Below the pieces are notes generated by a model that was not told the DNA's origin, did no database searches, and saw nothing but the letters and a program-made list of their open reading frames with translations. Below are positions 50,135 to 59,500 of a stretch of DNA of 64,000 bases, in pieces; the first letter of the stretch is position 1; the number at the start of each line of letters is the position of its first letter. Position numbers and translations under genes: made by a program. This DNA is from a virus (taxonomy: Duplodnaviria; Caudoviricetes). The DNA is taken from the IMG/VR virus record IMGVR_UViG_3300028805_002025, positions 96,001-160,000 of that record. One strand, written 5' to 3'.

Positions 50135-50183
50135 GCAAAAGTATACAAAAAAAGTGAGATAACCAAAACTATCTCACTTTTTT
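50135..50183 (-). promoter_or_regulatory. Bacteroidetes-type promoter fused to a terminator hairpin
   Basis: Minus strand AAAAAAGTGAGATAG-TTTTGG-TTATCTCACTTTTTTT-GTATACTTTTGC; -7 box TACTTTTG; 20-nt spacing. Confidence 0.75.
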
Positions 50184-50191
50184 AATATATT

Positions 50192-50707
50192 TTAACCAAT
50201 TACAGATTCTATCTCCTCAAACACACCATCGTTTCCAACGAATGTAAGAGTCTTCTTGTTAGGAATCTTACTGAAGTCGCATATTGCGTTGAACTTACTG
50301 AACTCTTCAGTACCATCCTCCAATAGCATGAATACTGGAACATTATTGTCTGAAGCAAACCACATCATGTAGAAATCCCTATCGCTGTTTGAAGCGATAT
50401 CACGAATTCTCTTAATGAGGTTGTCCTCATTCCTGTTACCCATAGATACCTTGGTACACTCACGCTTTCCGTTCTTCCTGGTGATTTTCCTTATCTCGCA
50501 AGGCTCAACGTAGAGTCTGTCATTGTGGATAAGGAGTGCAGAATACTTGGTCTTTCTCCTTCCCCTGCAATTTGCACGGTCTCTAAAGATTAAACTACTG
50601 TCACACAGACCTATATGCGTCTGGTGAGTTCTTCCTGTTTTACTCAAGTCAGAATTAGTCAGCTTCTTTACTGATATTCTCCTCTCTGGATTTAATTTTA
50701 CTCTCAT
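50192..50707 (-). CDS. hypothetical protein, possible EcoRII-N/B3-like DNA-binding fold
   Basis: KKLTNSDLSKTGRTHQTHIGL resembles the KxLxxxD...HQxxI motif of EcoRII N-terminal-like domains; basic protein. Confidence 0.4.
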   Translation of the reverse strand: MRVKLNPERRISVKKLTNSDLSKTGRTHQTHIGLCDSSLIFRDRANCRGRRKTKYSALLIHNDRLYVEPCEIRKITRKNGKRECTKVSMGNRNEDNLIKRIRDIASNSDRDFYMMWFASDNNVPVFMLLEDGTEEFSKFNAICDFSKIPNKKTLTFVGNDGVFEEIESVIG

Positions 50708-51056
50708 AACTGTCTAAAATTTGTTTAGTTCTTACTTTGAATTTATCATAACACTTATCGCATAACTGGTATATCCAGCCAATAGTCTCTTTTGGCTCTG
50801 TTGGCTCTCCACATTCCTCGCATACATGTGAGGATTGCTCTGAAGCCTTCATAATATCCTCCAGAAGCCCGTTCTCATACCTCGATAGGTAGATATTAAG
50901 CCTACCGAATTTCTCCTTAACCTGGAGGATTTCTATGGGGTCTGGATTATCCTTGTTTATCTCCTCTACCTTATCGAGTATTGGTTGGTAAAGGTTCTTC
51001 CAACCCTTACCACACTCAATACCGAATAATTCATAAGGATGTTTCAATTTATTCAT
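50655..51056 (-). CDS. phage hypothetical protein with a C-terminal Zn finger
   Basis: GIECGKGW...QVKEKFGRL...CEECG...LCDKC; ATG 51056 overlaps the recombinase stop. Confidence 0.65.
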   Translation of the reverse strand: MNKLKHPYELFGIECGKGWKNLYQPILDKVEEINKDNPDPIEILQVKEKFGRLNIYLSRYENGLLEDIMKASEQSSHVCEECGEPTEPKETIGWIYQLCDKCYDKFKVRTKQILDSYESKIKSREENISKEAD

Positions 51057-52233
51057 CTGCTTCTTCCTCCGCAAATCTGATGTCTGCCTCACTGATATTG
51101 CTAGCACCATTTTCCTCAAGTTTTGTAAGTATATCCTTCACATATATCTTCTTGTATTCATCAAGCTTCTCTGGACTTAGCAGACCATTGTGTACACATG
51201 ACATTTCACCCTCGTATGTAATATTCCAAGGAGTTGGCAACTGGTTCTTGGTAGTTCTAATCTTGGTAGTGATACCGTAGTTGTAGGTCTGTCCCTTCGC
51301 AGTAGCCGTAAGCTTCTTAGTAGCAGCTTTACCAATACCTCCAAGGTGTATTATCAATCTAGCACCATAGAACATGGTCTTACCACCCTTTAACTCAATT
51401 GAAGGTACACCACCCATTGAGTTCATGGAGTCATTCCAAATCTTATTCACACAGAAGAATGTGTTTGTATAAGGTTCACTAATCTTCTTTGATGAAGGAA
51501 TTCTATTGTTGATAATGTCCTGGAATGCCTGTGAAATAGCACCAGCATCAAACATGTTATTTCCTGTCTTACTCTCAAGTGACTTGAATGACTGTATAGA
51601 ACCGATTGAGTCCCAAATGAAGCATATTGGCTGCTGAATATCGCCTCTGTCCTGCGCATCGAGGATGTCAGTTATTGAATAAGCTATGTCCTCAAGAACA
51701 GCCTGCTTACGCTTTGTCTTAGACTCCTTACCTGTTGAATAGTCCCTGTTTCCATAGACCTCAGCAAGAATCTTATTATCGTAGTAAATAAACGGTCCAT
51801 CGTAGTCGATGATTCTATTCTCCATGTGGGTAGTAATCTCCCCTGTCTCTGGGTCAACATCCTCAACCTCAACGTCACCATAGATAGGCGTAGCCTTCAT
51901 TCCACAGTCGATTGCATATTTGAAGTCAAAGTTATTCTCAGTCTCATATATAACTGGAAGAATACCGTTATTGATACATGATGCAATAAGGCAGTTCTTT
52001 ATGGTTGACTTACCAGTGTTAGACCATCCAGTAACAATTGTTAGGTATCCCTTTGGTATTCCTGGAAGCTTAATAGCATCAGAGAATGCCTCTGGAAGTG
52101 GTATAAAATCCATTGGTTTATCCGCTGCCGACATAACCAGGTCAGCATCTGACTTCATCTTCAGGCCAAGCTTCTCCTTTATACTGTGAATGTCTGGTCT
52201 CTTAAATTCCTTTTTCTTAACTGGTTGTTTCAT
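51049..52233 (-). CDS. recA: RecA/UvsX-like recombinase
   Basis: PGIPKG, Walker A GWSNTGKST, ETEN, Walker B FIWDSIG, VNK, KGGK..FY and KNQL. Confidence 0.85.
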   Translation of the reverse strand: MKQPVKKKEFKRPDIHSIKEKLGLKMKSDADLVMSAADKPMDFIPLPEAFSDAIKLPGIPKGYLTIVTGWSNTGKSTIKNCLIASCINNGILPVIYETENNFDFKYAIDCGMKATPIYGDVEVEDVDPETGEITTHMENRIIDYDGPFIYYDNKILAEVYGNRDYSTGKESKTKRKQAVLEDIAYSITDILDAQDRGDIQQPICFIWDSIGSIQSFKSLESKTGNNMFDAGAISQAFQDIINNRIPSSKKISEPYTNTFFCVNKIWNDSMNSMGGVPSIELKGGKTMFYGARLIIHLGGIGKAATKKLTATAKGQTYNYGITTKIRTTKNQLPTPWNITYEGEMSCVHNGLLSPEKLDEYKKIYVKDILTKLEENGASNISEADIRFAEEEADE

Positions 52234-52235
52234 AT

Positions 52236-52853
52236 CTATTCACTCTCTTTTAATTGCTTATCCCTTATTTTATTCTTCCAGCACTTTCTGCATATGGACT
52301 TGTAGATATCGTTTCCACCTACCATAATCTGTTCTCCCTCAGTGACAATTTCACCGTTCTCATCGAACCTTGCATTGATTGATGTCTTTCTCTCACCACA
52401 TGGACAAGTTGACTTAATCTCTTCAATTTCATCAGCTAGTTCAAACAGTCTCTTCGATGCTGGGAACAGCTTGCTCTGGAAATCAGTTCTGAGTCCAAAG
52501 CACATGACGTTTATTCCCAAGAAATCAACAACATCTGACAGCTCGTCAATCTGTTTCTCGGTCAAGAACTGGCACTCATCTATGAGCACCCACTTAAGGT
52601 TGTGGAATTGCGCCTCCAAGATGTTCCTGTAGTCCTTTATAGCCTTATATAGGTTAACGTCTGGGTCAACCATCACGCACTTCCTTTCAAGCCCTACACG
52701 GGACTTTATAATGCCTTCGCCATCCCTGGTGTCAGCAGATGGCTTAAGGCACATAATATCAAGTCCATTTTCTTCAAAATTGTATGCTGTTGTAAGGAGT
52801 CGTAGTGATTTTGCACTATTCATACTCCCGTAATAGAAGAAAAGTTTGTTCAT
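52236..52853 (-). CDS. tdk: thymidine kinase
   Basis: YGSMNSAKS, DTR, SRVG, IDECQFL, FGLRTDF and Zn lasso CPCG...CRKC. Confidence 0.95.
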   Translation of the reverse strand: MNKLFFYYGSMNSAKSLRLLTTAYNFEENGLDIMCLKPSADTRDGEGIIKSRVGLERKCVMVDPDVNLYKAIKDYRNILEAQFHNLKWVLIDECQFLTEKQIDELSDVVDFLGINVMCFGLRTDFQSKLFPASKRLFELADEIEEIKSTCPCGERKTSINARFDENGEIVTEGEQIMVGGNDIYKSICRKCWKNKIRDKQLKESE

Positions 52854-52879
52854 TCATAACAATATTTACCTAAGTTATT

Positions 52880-53902
52880 TTAGAATGGCAGGTCTTCAAC
52901 TTCATCCTCAGTGTCGAACTTAGCACCATCTATAATTCCATCAGTAGCAACATCAGCAGCTTTCTCAGCGTCTGCTATTGCACCATAGTCCTTTGATGCT
53001 GTTGCAGCCTCAGCAAGTTTCTCTTCCTCTGCCTCAACCTTCAACTTCTCCATGTCTTCCTTGCTGACATACTTGTTAAGTTCTTTGTTAAACACAGGTA
53101 CTTTACCCTCTGCCACTATAGCCATGTAGTCATATGGCTTAACGGTATAAACCTCATACCACTTCTTCTCATCGTTAATCCAGCTCTCACCAAGTTCATA
53201 GTCCTCTGTGATAGGTGAAGGGATTCCACTGTCAAGAATAAGTGTTGTTGTCTTACCATCAGCACCTTTAGTCAGTGTGATGATAAGGTCAAGTCCGTTA
53301 TTAACATCATAAATACTGTAGTTATTTCCCTTAGCTGCTGCTGCCTCACTCCTTACCTTTGCGAGGTTTCTAATCTGGTCAAATACTCCTTTTCCCTGCC
53401 TGTTGTCTGGGAAAAGCCAGAATTTAACACCGTCTTCCTCATGTCCACGCTCAATACAACGGACAATCCACATGTCCTTTGCCTTGTTCAAAAACTCCAC
53501 ATCACCGTACTTCTTCTTGGTTGGTTCGTCAAGTGCCTGGCTCTTAAGCTCCTTTGCCTTGGTAGAAATCTCACAGAATGGACACTTATCACCCATCAGT
53601 TTACCATCTACCTTGTTCTTTATAGGGCACACGAAAGCCTTCCACCCATTAGGCGAAATCTCCTTGTTTACACGAACAGTGTGCATGTGAATCTTTTGGA
53701 ATGCTGTATTGCTATCTGGAGTGATAGGCAATAATCTGATTGTTAAGGTCTTAGAAGTCTCCTTTTCACCCAATCTTGCTTGTAAATAATTCTTTGTGTC
53801 AAACTGAGTCTTCTTAGTTTTTACTTGTGGTGTATGCACCTCCGCATACTGTCTCTCGACTTCCTCTGCGCTAATATTTGCGCTAAACTTTTTGGTTTCC
53901 AT
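52880..53902 (-). CDS. single-stranded DNA-binding protein (T4 gp32-like)
   Basis: IRLLP, H...CP...CPFCE Zn site, D...GLDLII and acidic C-terminal tail ending EDEVEDLPF. Confidence 0.8.
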   Translation of the reverse strand: METKKFSANISAEEVERQYAEVHTPQVKTKKTQFDTKNYLQARLGEKETSKTLTIRLLPITPDSNTAFQKIHMHTVRVNKEISPNGWKAFVCPIKNKVDGKLMGDKCPFCEISTKAKELKSQALDEPTKKKYGDVEFLNKAKDMWIVRCIERGHEEDGVKFWLFPDNRQGKGVFDQIRNLAKVRSEAAAAKGNNYSIYDVNNGLDLIITLTKGADGKTTTLILDSGIPSPITEDYELGESWINDEKKWYEVYTVKPYDYMAIVAEGKVPVFNKELNKYVSKEDMEKLKVEAEEEKLAEAATASKDYGAIADAEKAADVATDGIIDGAKFDTEDEVEDLPF

Positions 53903-53964
53903 AAAAAAAATATTGTTAAAAAAATTATTGTATGCATGTCAGAACATGCTTAAAGTTTTCTAAT

Positions 53965-53997
53965 GCAAAGATATATAAAAAATGTTAAAAAAACAAG
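53965..53997 (-). promoter_or_regulatory. Bacteroidetes-type promoter
   Basis: CTTG-tttttttaacattttttata-TATCTTTGC; nearly identical to the 45885 promoter. Confidence 0.8.
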
Positions 53998-54030
53998 AAA
54001 ATTCCCGATTATTTTCGTTATAATCGGGAA
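53998..54030 (-). terminator. intrinsic terminator
   Basis: TTCCCGATTA-9 nt-TAATCGGGAA followed by TTTTCTTG. Confidence 0.7.
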
Positions 54031-54035
54031 AATTT

Positions 54036-54254
54036 TTATCTGATATTACTCAAATAGTTCTCCACGACCGTTTCAGCCCCATCGAAGTCAATCACACGCT
54101 TCAGCTCCTCTATGAACGGACTAGGTTCTGCCATCTTAATCATGGCGTAGAAATCCTCGAATGATGTGGCTATATCATAGCCTGTTATCTCGTCCTCGTT
54201 CAATTTCTGCTGGAGCTTTGAATATGCTTCCTCAGTTAATCTAATTTTCTTCAT
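54036..54254 (-). CDS. small acidic protein, possibly head-associated
   Basis: 72 aa, MKKIRLTEEAYSKL; 1-nt overlap with the upstream stop. Confidence 0.55.
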   Translation of the reverse strand: MKKIRLTEEAYSKLQQKLNEDEITGYDIATSFEDFYAMIKMAEPSPFIEELKRVIDFDGAETVVENYLSNIR

Positions 54255-55153
54255 TATAGTTTAAACATTTTCTCTAGGGTCTGAATGTCATCATCAGCGA
54301 TGCTGAATGACTTTGATATGTCGGTTGGCGTATCTTCCAAATCCTCGTCAGTAATCGTATACTGGTCTTCAACTGGTTTGTCATTGTCAGCATAAAGCTC
54401 GTAGTTGTTCCTCTCCTTCATCTTCTGACTCCAGAATCCGTCTGGTGTTACATTAAATGGGAATGAGTCAAACACACCACGCATATCAAGCTTCTCTGTC
54501 TGTGTTGGATTTCTCTTTTCAAACTCAGCCTTTAAGTTCTCAAGCTCACTGTTATTCTGGTCTAGTCTGTCCTGGAATCCCTTGATTGTGTCTATGAGCT
54601 TTATAATTCTATCATCTACCTTAGCAAGGTCTCTACCAACCTGGTTCTGCTTAACGTCAAGCTTCTCCTGTGCGGTTGTAAGCCCCTCTATGTCGATTGT
54701 ATCACCATCCATTTCACCCTCATCACCAGCAGGCTCTTCACCCCCACGCTGGTCTGCAAATGGGTCTTCACCAGTATCAGGTCCAATCGGTGCTGATGCG
54801 TCTGGCATTGGCTGTCCCATAGCATTTGGGTCAGCTCCCATATCCTGTCCACCCATTGCATTAGGGTCTCCACCAGCTGCTGCGTTAGGGTCTGCACCCA
54901 TTGCATTAGGGTCAGCACCTGGCATACCGCCTCCCATAGCGTTAGGGTCACCAGCAGGAGCACCACCCATTGCATTAGGGTCTCCACCTGGAGCTGCTGC
55001 GTTAGGGTCTTGTTCTCCTTCCTCGTCCATTACGACACCATGAATCATTTCTGGGAATGGTCTACCGTATGAAGCCTCAGCAAGCTGCATGAAGTGCTTG
55101 TGTGCCTCATATAGGTTATTTTCCTTAAGATACTTAATATTTGTGTTAGCCAT
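54254..55153 (-). CDS. acidic low-complexity / coiled-coil protein, possible prohead scaffold or core protein
   Basis: DPNAxG repeats followed by a coiled coil (AQEKLDVKQ...LENLKAEFEKRNPT). Confidence 0.55.
   Translation of the reverse strand: MANTNIKYLKENNLYEAHKHFMQLAEASYGRPFPEMIHGVVMDEEGEQDPNAAAPGGDPNAMGGAPAGDPNAMGGGMPGADPNAMGADPNAAAGGDPNAMGGQDMGADPNAMGQPMPDASAPIGPDTGEDPFADQRGGEEPAGDEGEMDGDTIDIEGLTTAQEKLDVKQNQVGRDLAKVDDRIIKLIDTIKGFQDRLDQNNSELENLKAEFEKRNPTQTEKLDMRGVFDSFPFNVTPDGFWSQKMKERNNYELYADNDKPVEDQYTITDEDLEDTPTDISKSFSIADDDIQTLEKMFKL
54815..55012 (-). repeat. coding repeat of DPNA(M/A) units, about 7 copies
   Basis: QDPNAAA, GDPNAMGG (three times), ADPNAMG (twice) and ADPNAAA in the translation. 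Confidence 0.85.
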
Positions 55154-55160
55154 CTTTATA

Positions 55161-55418
55161 TTAGTCGTTCAAAAGCTCTTTATTATCCTCTGTCAAGATT
55201 GTCTTAGAACTCTCGGTTCTCTCTATCAAGCCCTTATCCTTCTTCACTCTCTTGAATGAAGAGGCTGGAGTCTTACCGCCAAGCACTTCCTGTGCCATTG
55301 CAATCTTCTCTTCTGTTGTCATAACGGTCTTGTTTTCGTTTATGTTATTTTCCTCACTCACGCTAGCAGGTTTCTGTGGCGTGAAATTGTTGATATGTTT
55401 TATTATAAAACGTCCCAT
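55161..55418 (-). CDS. hypothetical protein
   Basis: 85 aa, downstream of a GATATTTATA motif. Confidence 0.55.
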   Translation of the reverse strand: MGRFIIKHINNFTPQKPASVSEENNINENKTVMTTEEKIAMAQEVLGGKTPASSFKRVKKDKGLIERTESSKTILTEDNKELLND

Positions 55419-55434
55419 AGTAATAATAATTTAC

Positions 55435-55444
55435 TATAAATATC
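55435..55444 (-). promoter_or_regulatory. putative late-promoter motif GATATTTATA
   Basis: 16 nt upstream of ATG 55418. Confidence 0.5.
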
Positions 55445-55447
55445 TGA

Positions 55448-55852
55448 TTACTCAAAAAATACCGATTTATCGTCTATCTTTGTGAGATTTGAGACTGAAA
55501 GCTCACCGTTTGTTAGAATGATTAGCTTATCCTTGTAGGAATCCCAATCAATCAGATACTCGTTGTTTGGCTTGTCGTCTTCCTTTTCCTTTTCTATGAG
55601 CTTGTTAAGGGCATTTATAGAGAATAGACAGCCGTTCTTAACATGCATGACCGTAGCATTGTTAATCTTCTTAATAAACTTGTCCTTATCAAAAGTCTTG
55701 AAGGTAACAAGATATTCAACCTGGTTAGTATCTATGGAATAGATGAAAACCTTGTCAAGCTTTATCTTGTACTCACTCCTAAGCATTTCAAGAAAGGATA
55801 AGATTCTATTTTTCTTTACAAATCTTCCAATTATAATTCCGTTTGTGCTCAT
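55448..55852 (-). CDS. hypothetical protein
   Basis: 134 aa, in operon context. Confidence 0.6.
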   Translation of the reverse strand: MSTNGIIIGRFVKKNRILSFLEMLRSEYKIKLDKVFIYSIDTNQVEYLVTFKTFDKDKFIKKINNATVMHVKNGCLFSINALNKLIEKEKEDDKPNNEYLIDWDSYKDKLIILTNGELSVSNLTKIDDKSVFFE

Positions 55853-55861
55853 TTTATTTTA

Positions 55862-56452
55862 TTAACTTGATATGAAGTACGGTATGGCGTACTTCTTATT
55901 TCCCAAGAACCTGGAGAGTTTATTCAACCCCCTGCTGGTATTGTAGAACAACATGTTATTTGGGTTAGAGTCCAACAAGGATAACACCTTGTCTCGTTTT
56001 ATTCCGCAGTACTCAAGTACCTCTAAGGATACTCCAAGAACCTTATTGTTGTACATGGTGTACATAAGACCATTGTTTATATAAATATTTTTTCTATCGT
56101 CAGAATTAAATATATTATATAGTTTTTTTAATTTACTATATTTCAATTTCAATATATCTATATAATAATATTCTAGATTATTTAGTATATTATTACGCAC
56201 GAAGGTATAGAACTTCTTCAAGTCCTGCTCAAACTCATATCGGCTTTCACTCTTCTTGAAAGTCCAGAACAACTTGTCACCAAGCTTCCTATCCAGGATG
56301 TTGTTATAACCCTCGAATGTCTTTGCATTCTGCCATCCAATGATAAGAATAGGTTTTGTGGGGTCAGCCTCCGAATAGTCATTGACCTGCTCCACAAAAC
56401 CCTCAATATCATTTAACTTTCTATCCGTAACTATATATCCTATCGTCTTCAT
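55862..56452 (-). CDS. hypothetical protein
   Basis: 196 aa from ATG 56452 (MKTIGYIV), just downstream of the promoter; the ORF-track start at 56671 lies inside the upstream gene. Confidence 0.6.
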   Translation of the reverse strand: MKTIGYIVTDRKLNDIEGFVEQVNDYSEADPTKPILIIGWQNAKTFEGYNNILDRKLGDKLFWTFKKSESRYEFEQDLKKFYTFVRNNILNNLEYYYIDILKLKYSKLKKLYNIFNSDDRKNIYINNGLMYTMYNNKVLGVSLEVLEYCGIKRDKVLSLLDSNPNNMLFYNTSRGLNKLSRFLGNKKYAIPYFISS

Positions 56453-56466
56453 AACACTAATTTTAT

Positions 56467-56499
56467 GCAAAGATATATAAAAAAAGTTAAAAAAACAAA
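56467..56499 (-). promoter_or_regulatory. Bacteroidetes-type promoter
   Basis: TTTG-tttttttaactttttttata-TATCTTTGC, 20-nt spacing. Confidence 0.8.
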
Positions 56500-56501
56500 T
56501 T

Positions 56502-59500
56502 TTAAGCCTTATTTCCAGTGTACCTGTAGATGAAATATGGAAGTTTATACCCCTTAGAGTCTGGATAGTTCCACTTTTTCTTTCTACTATTCCAGTCATT
56601 TCCATAAGGTGACATCTTTCCTCCCTGGTTGAAATCAGACCACCATCCATCGCCAGTGTACATACATGCATGGTATGCTCCAGGTTCTCCCTTGTCTACG
56701 TCCCAACCGATGATTGAAACGTCTCCAGGCTGAACTTTGAAATCAGTGTTTCTACTATTCTTCGTACAAGTTCCAGAATACTCTAGGTTAAATCCGTATT
56801 TCTTCAAGACACCTCTGTAGTGAAGGTTTGTAGCAGCACCAGAGCCGCCACACTGCATTCTTGGTAAACCTCCAGCGTGTATAGCATCTTCAACATACGT
56901 AGCACACTTTCCGTTTCCGTATGGAGGAGGATTTGTTATTGCATGGGACTTGAACCATCTGATAGTTGCTGAGATATTCCAATCCTTGATTCTCAAGTCT
57001 CCAGCACTATCCTTCTTAGGTTCTACTCCAGAGCTAGTTCCAGTATTATCGATACTGGTTTCACATGTAGGACATTCTCCTGGTACATAATCTTTTAACA
57101 TTTCCTGTTTTCCTCTAAACTGAGGTACTTCCTTAACCAGTATCTTGTTATTAACTGGGTCTGGATACCTCTTAGCTATAGCCCTAAGGAACTTCTCGTT
57201 TATCTGTGTAGGGTCGTTAGGAATATCAGTCCTGCTGGTTTGCGTGTCGCTCTCCTTCAAGATAAATATCGACCTATTGGCTATCTTAGGGTTCTCAGCC
57301 ACAGTAGCCACGATTGCAATAGGTTCTTCATTAGGTGCGTTGTTGTAATACCAGATTAGATTCTGGACATACTGATAGTAACCATTTAGAATAATATCGA
57401 AAACGTTTCCAAGTTTATCTCTCTTTCCGTCTTTCTGCTTGAACATTATCAAACCACCATCCTTGTAAGTAGGGTCGAGGTTGACCGACGTAGAAGGCGA
57501 TGACCATGCTGAATCCTGTACTGCCTTGAAGAATAACTCTGGGAAGTTCTTTGTATTGTGCTTAGGGTCTGTTGACGTACTCTTTGTACTACCACCTTCC
57601 TTGTAGCCATTATAAACTTTCTCAGCCCAGTCCATTCTATCGTCAAGATGTGCATCAGCAGGATTAGGGTTTTCATATCCAGCATACTGACTCTTAGAGC
57701 TTTTTCCATTACAGAAGATGTGAGCCGCATCCCTAGGATTTGTAGCACCACTAAGCTTTTTCCAAAGTTTTTGCTCTTTTACATTAGTGTTGTTATACAG
57801 AGACTTAACCACAAAATTACATTGGTATTCAGCACTCTTATCCTTCAAACGCTCCTTAACGGTGTTTACTGTACTAGGGACATAATGTGATGTATAGTTT
57901 CCATGTCCATAGTTCTGATAATCGTTATCTAGCATCTGATGAAGCGTGTAATAACTGTCATTCCACATACAAAGACCAGCGGCCACATATTTTTTATCAT
58001 TAGGATTAATAGCCTGTGGGTTGAATCTGTATGGATTTACACCTTTAACAGGTCCTGTCTCAACTGCCATATTGCCTACGATACCAGCGGCAACTATTTT
58101 CTTTTCACTATCACTCATTCCACTAGGCATACAACTCATGAGAATCTTCATCAGCTTATAGGCGTTCTCTGTCTCGCTTCCACTCATAGTAACACCATCT
58201 TCATCCTCAGATACTGGAAATATCTTGTATGGACAGTCGTTGTTAACGTCAGCCTTGCTGCTGCTATCGTTGCTTGATGGATTTACATCATCAGTGTTCT
58301 CGTCAGTTTCATCAGTGAATATATTCTCAACAAGCCTGTTGGATACGTTAGCCATCCTGCATCCTACAATTTCAGTGGTCATATCTCCAGGTCTCATCCT
58401 GTGAGTTACCTTCATAATCATGTAAGAACCTCTGAACATTGGTATATTCAGAAGAACAAAGTACATAAGTGGCTGTATCCATGCACAACCCATCATTTCA
58501 ACTCTACAGGTGTATGACTGGTTTGTATAGATATCGTACAAGTCCTGTGAGGTTGAAATCTTTCTCTGGTCATTTCTACTTGCGCTTAGTATGGAGTGCT
58601 TTGCAATAATAGCCTGCTGGGTCATTATAGGATTCTGCATGTCAACACGCACATCCTTGAAATAGCTCTGATACTGCCTTCCATAAGATACTCCGAACGC
58701 TGGTATCTTGTAGTATGTACTAGACTCTGATGACTCGTCGTCAGAACTACCCCTAGACCTAATTGCAAGTGGTGTCTCCAGTTCATCGTTAAGCATGAAT
58801 CCATCGTCATTGAACTCACTGTTTGATACATTGAGGCTCTTTGATGCTGCGTAAGTATACACAACGACGAAATCTGGGTGCTTCTTAGGCATTCCCATCT
58901 TCATGTAAGGGATAGGATGGAACAAGTCCTCCATACCCTTTGAAAGGTCTCTGAAGTTCTGTATACACTTCATCATACACCTATGCTCAGCATATACCTC
59001 AGCCAGAAAGTTGAACAACATCACATTAACATCACTGTATGACATTGAAAGCATTATCTTATCAGCCAGTTTCAGTGGGTTTATGAGCAACTTGTTTCCT
59101 ACCTTGTTGTAGTATGAGTCAATGAAGTGGAACAAGTGTCCTGTTGACTCACTTGTTTCGCCACTAGTTCCTCCACTTTCAGTGAAGAACGTCTCATAAT
59201 TCCATTCTCTCTTGTCAGTGGTTGGAATCCACTTATCGAATACCTGTTTCAAGTACCTGTACAACTCAATTTTCATGTCCTCAGTTGTCTGTGAAGGCTC
59301 TTTTGCAATGGTAGTAGCATTATTGGTAGCCTCCTGTGGCTGTCCGATGTTAAGTAGCTCCCTAAGCTTTGTCAAGAATGAATCAAGGTAAACCTCTACC
59401 TGCGTCTTATCAAGCTTGAATGCAGCCCTTGACAATGAAGTACCGTCGCCAGCATCAACAGAGGCGTTTACATTGCCTCTCACAAACATTATTGGTGACA

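Noticed and set aside
56453-56671. N-terminal extensions of ORFs 55862-56671, 31916-32212, 27993-28328 and 50655-51119
   Set aside because: They run through promoter elements or upstream genes; internal ATGs fit the operon structure better
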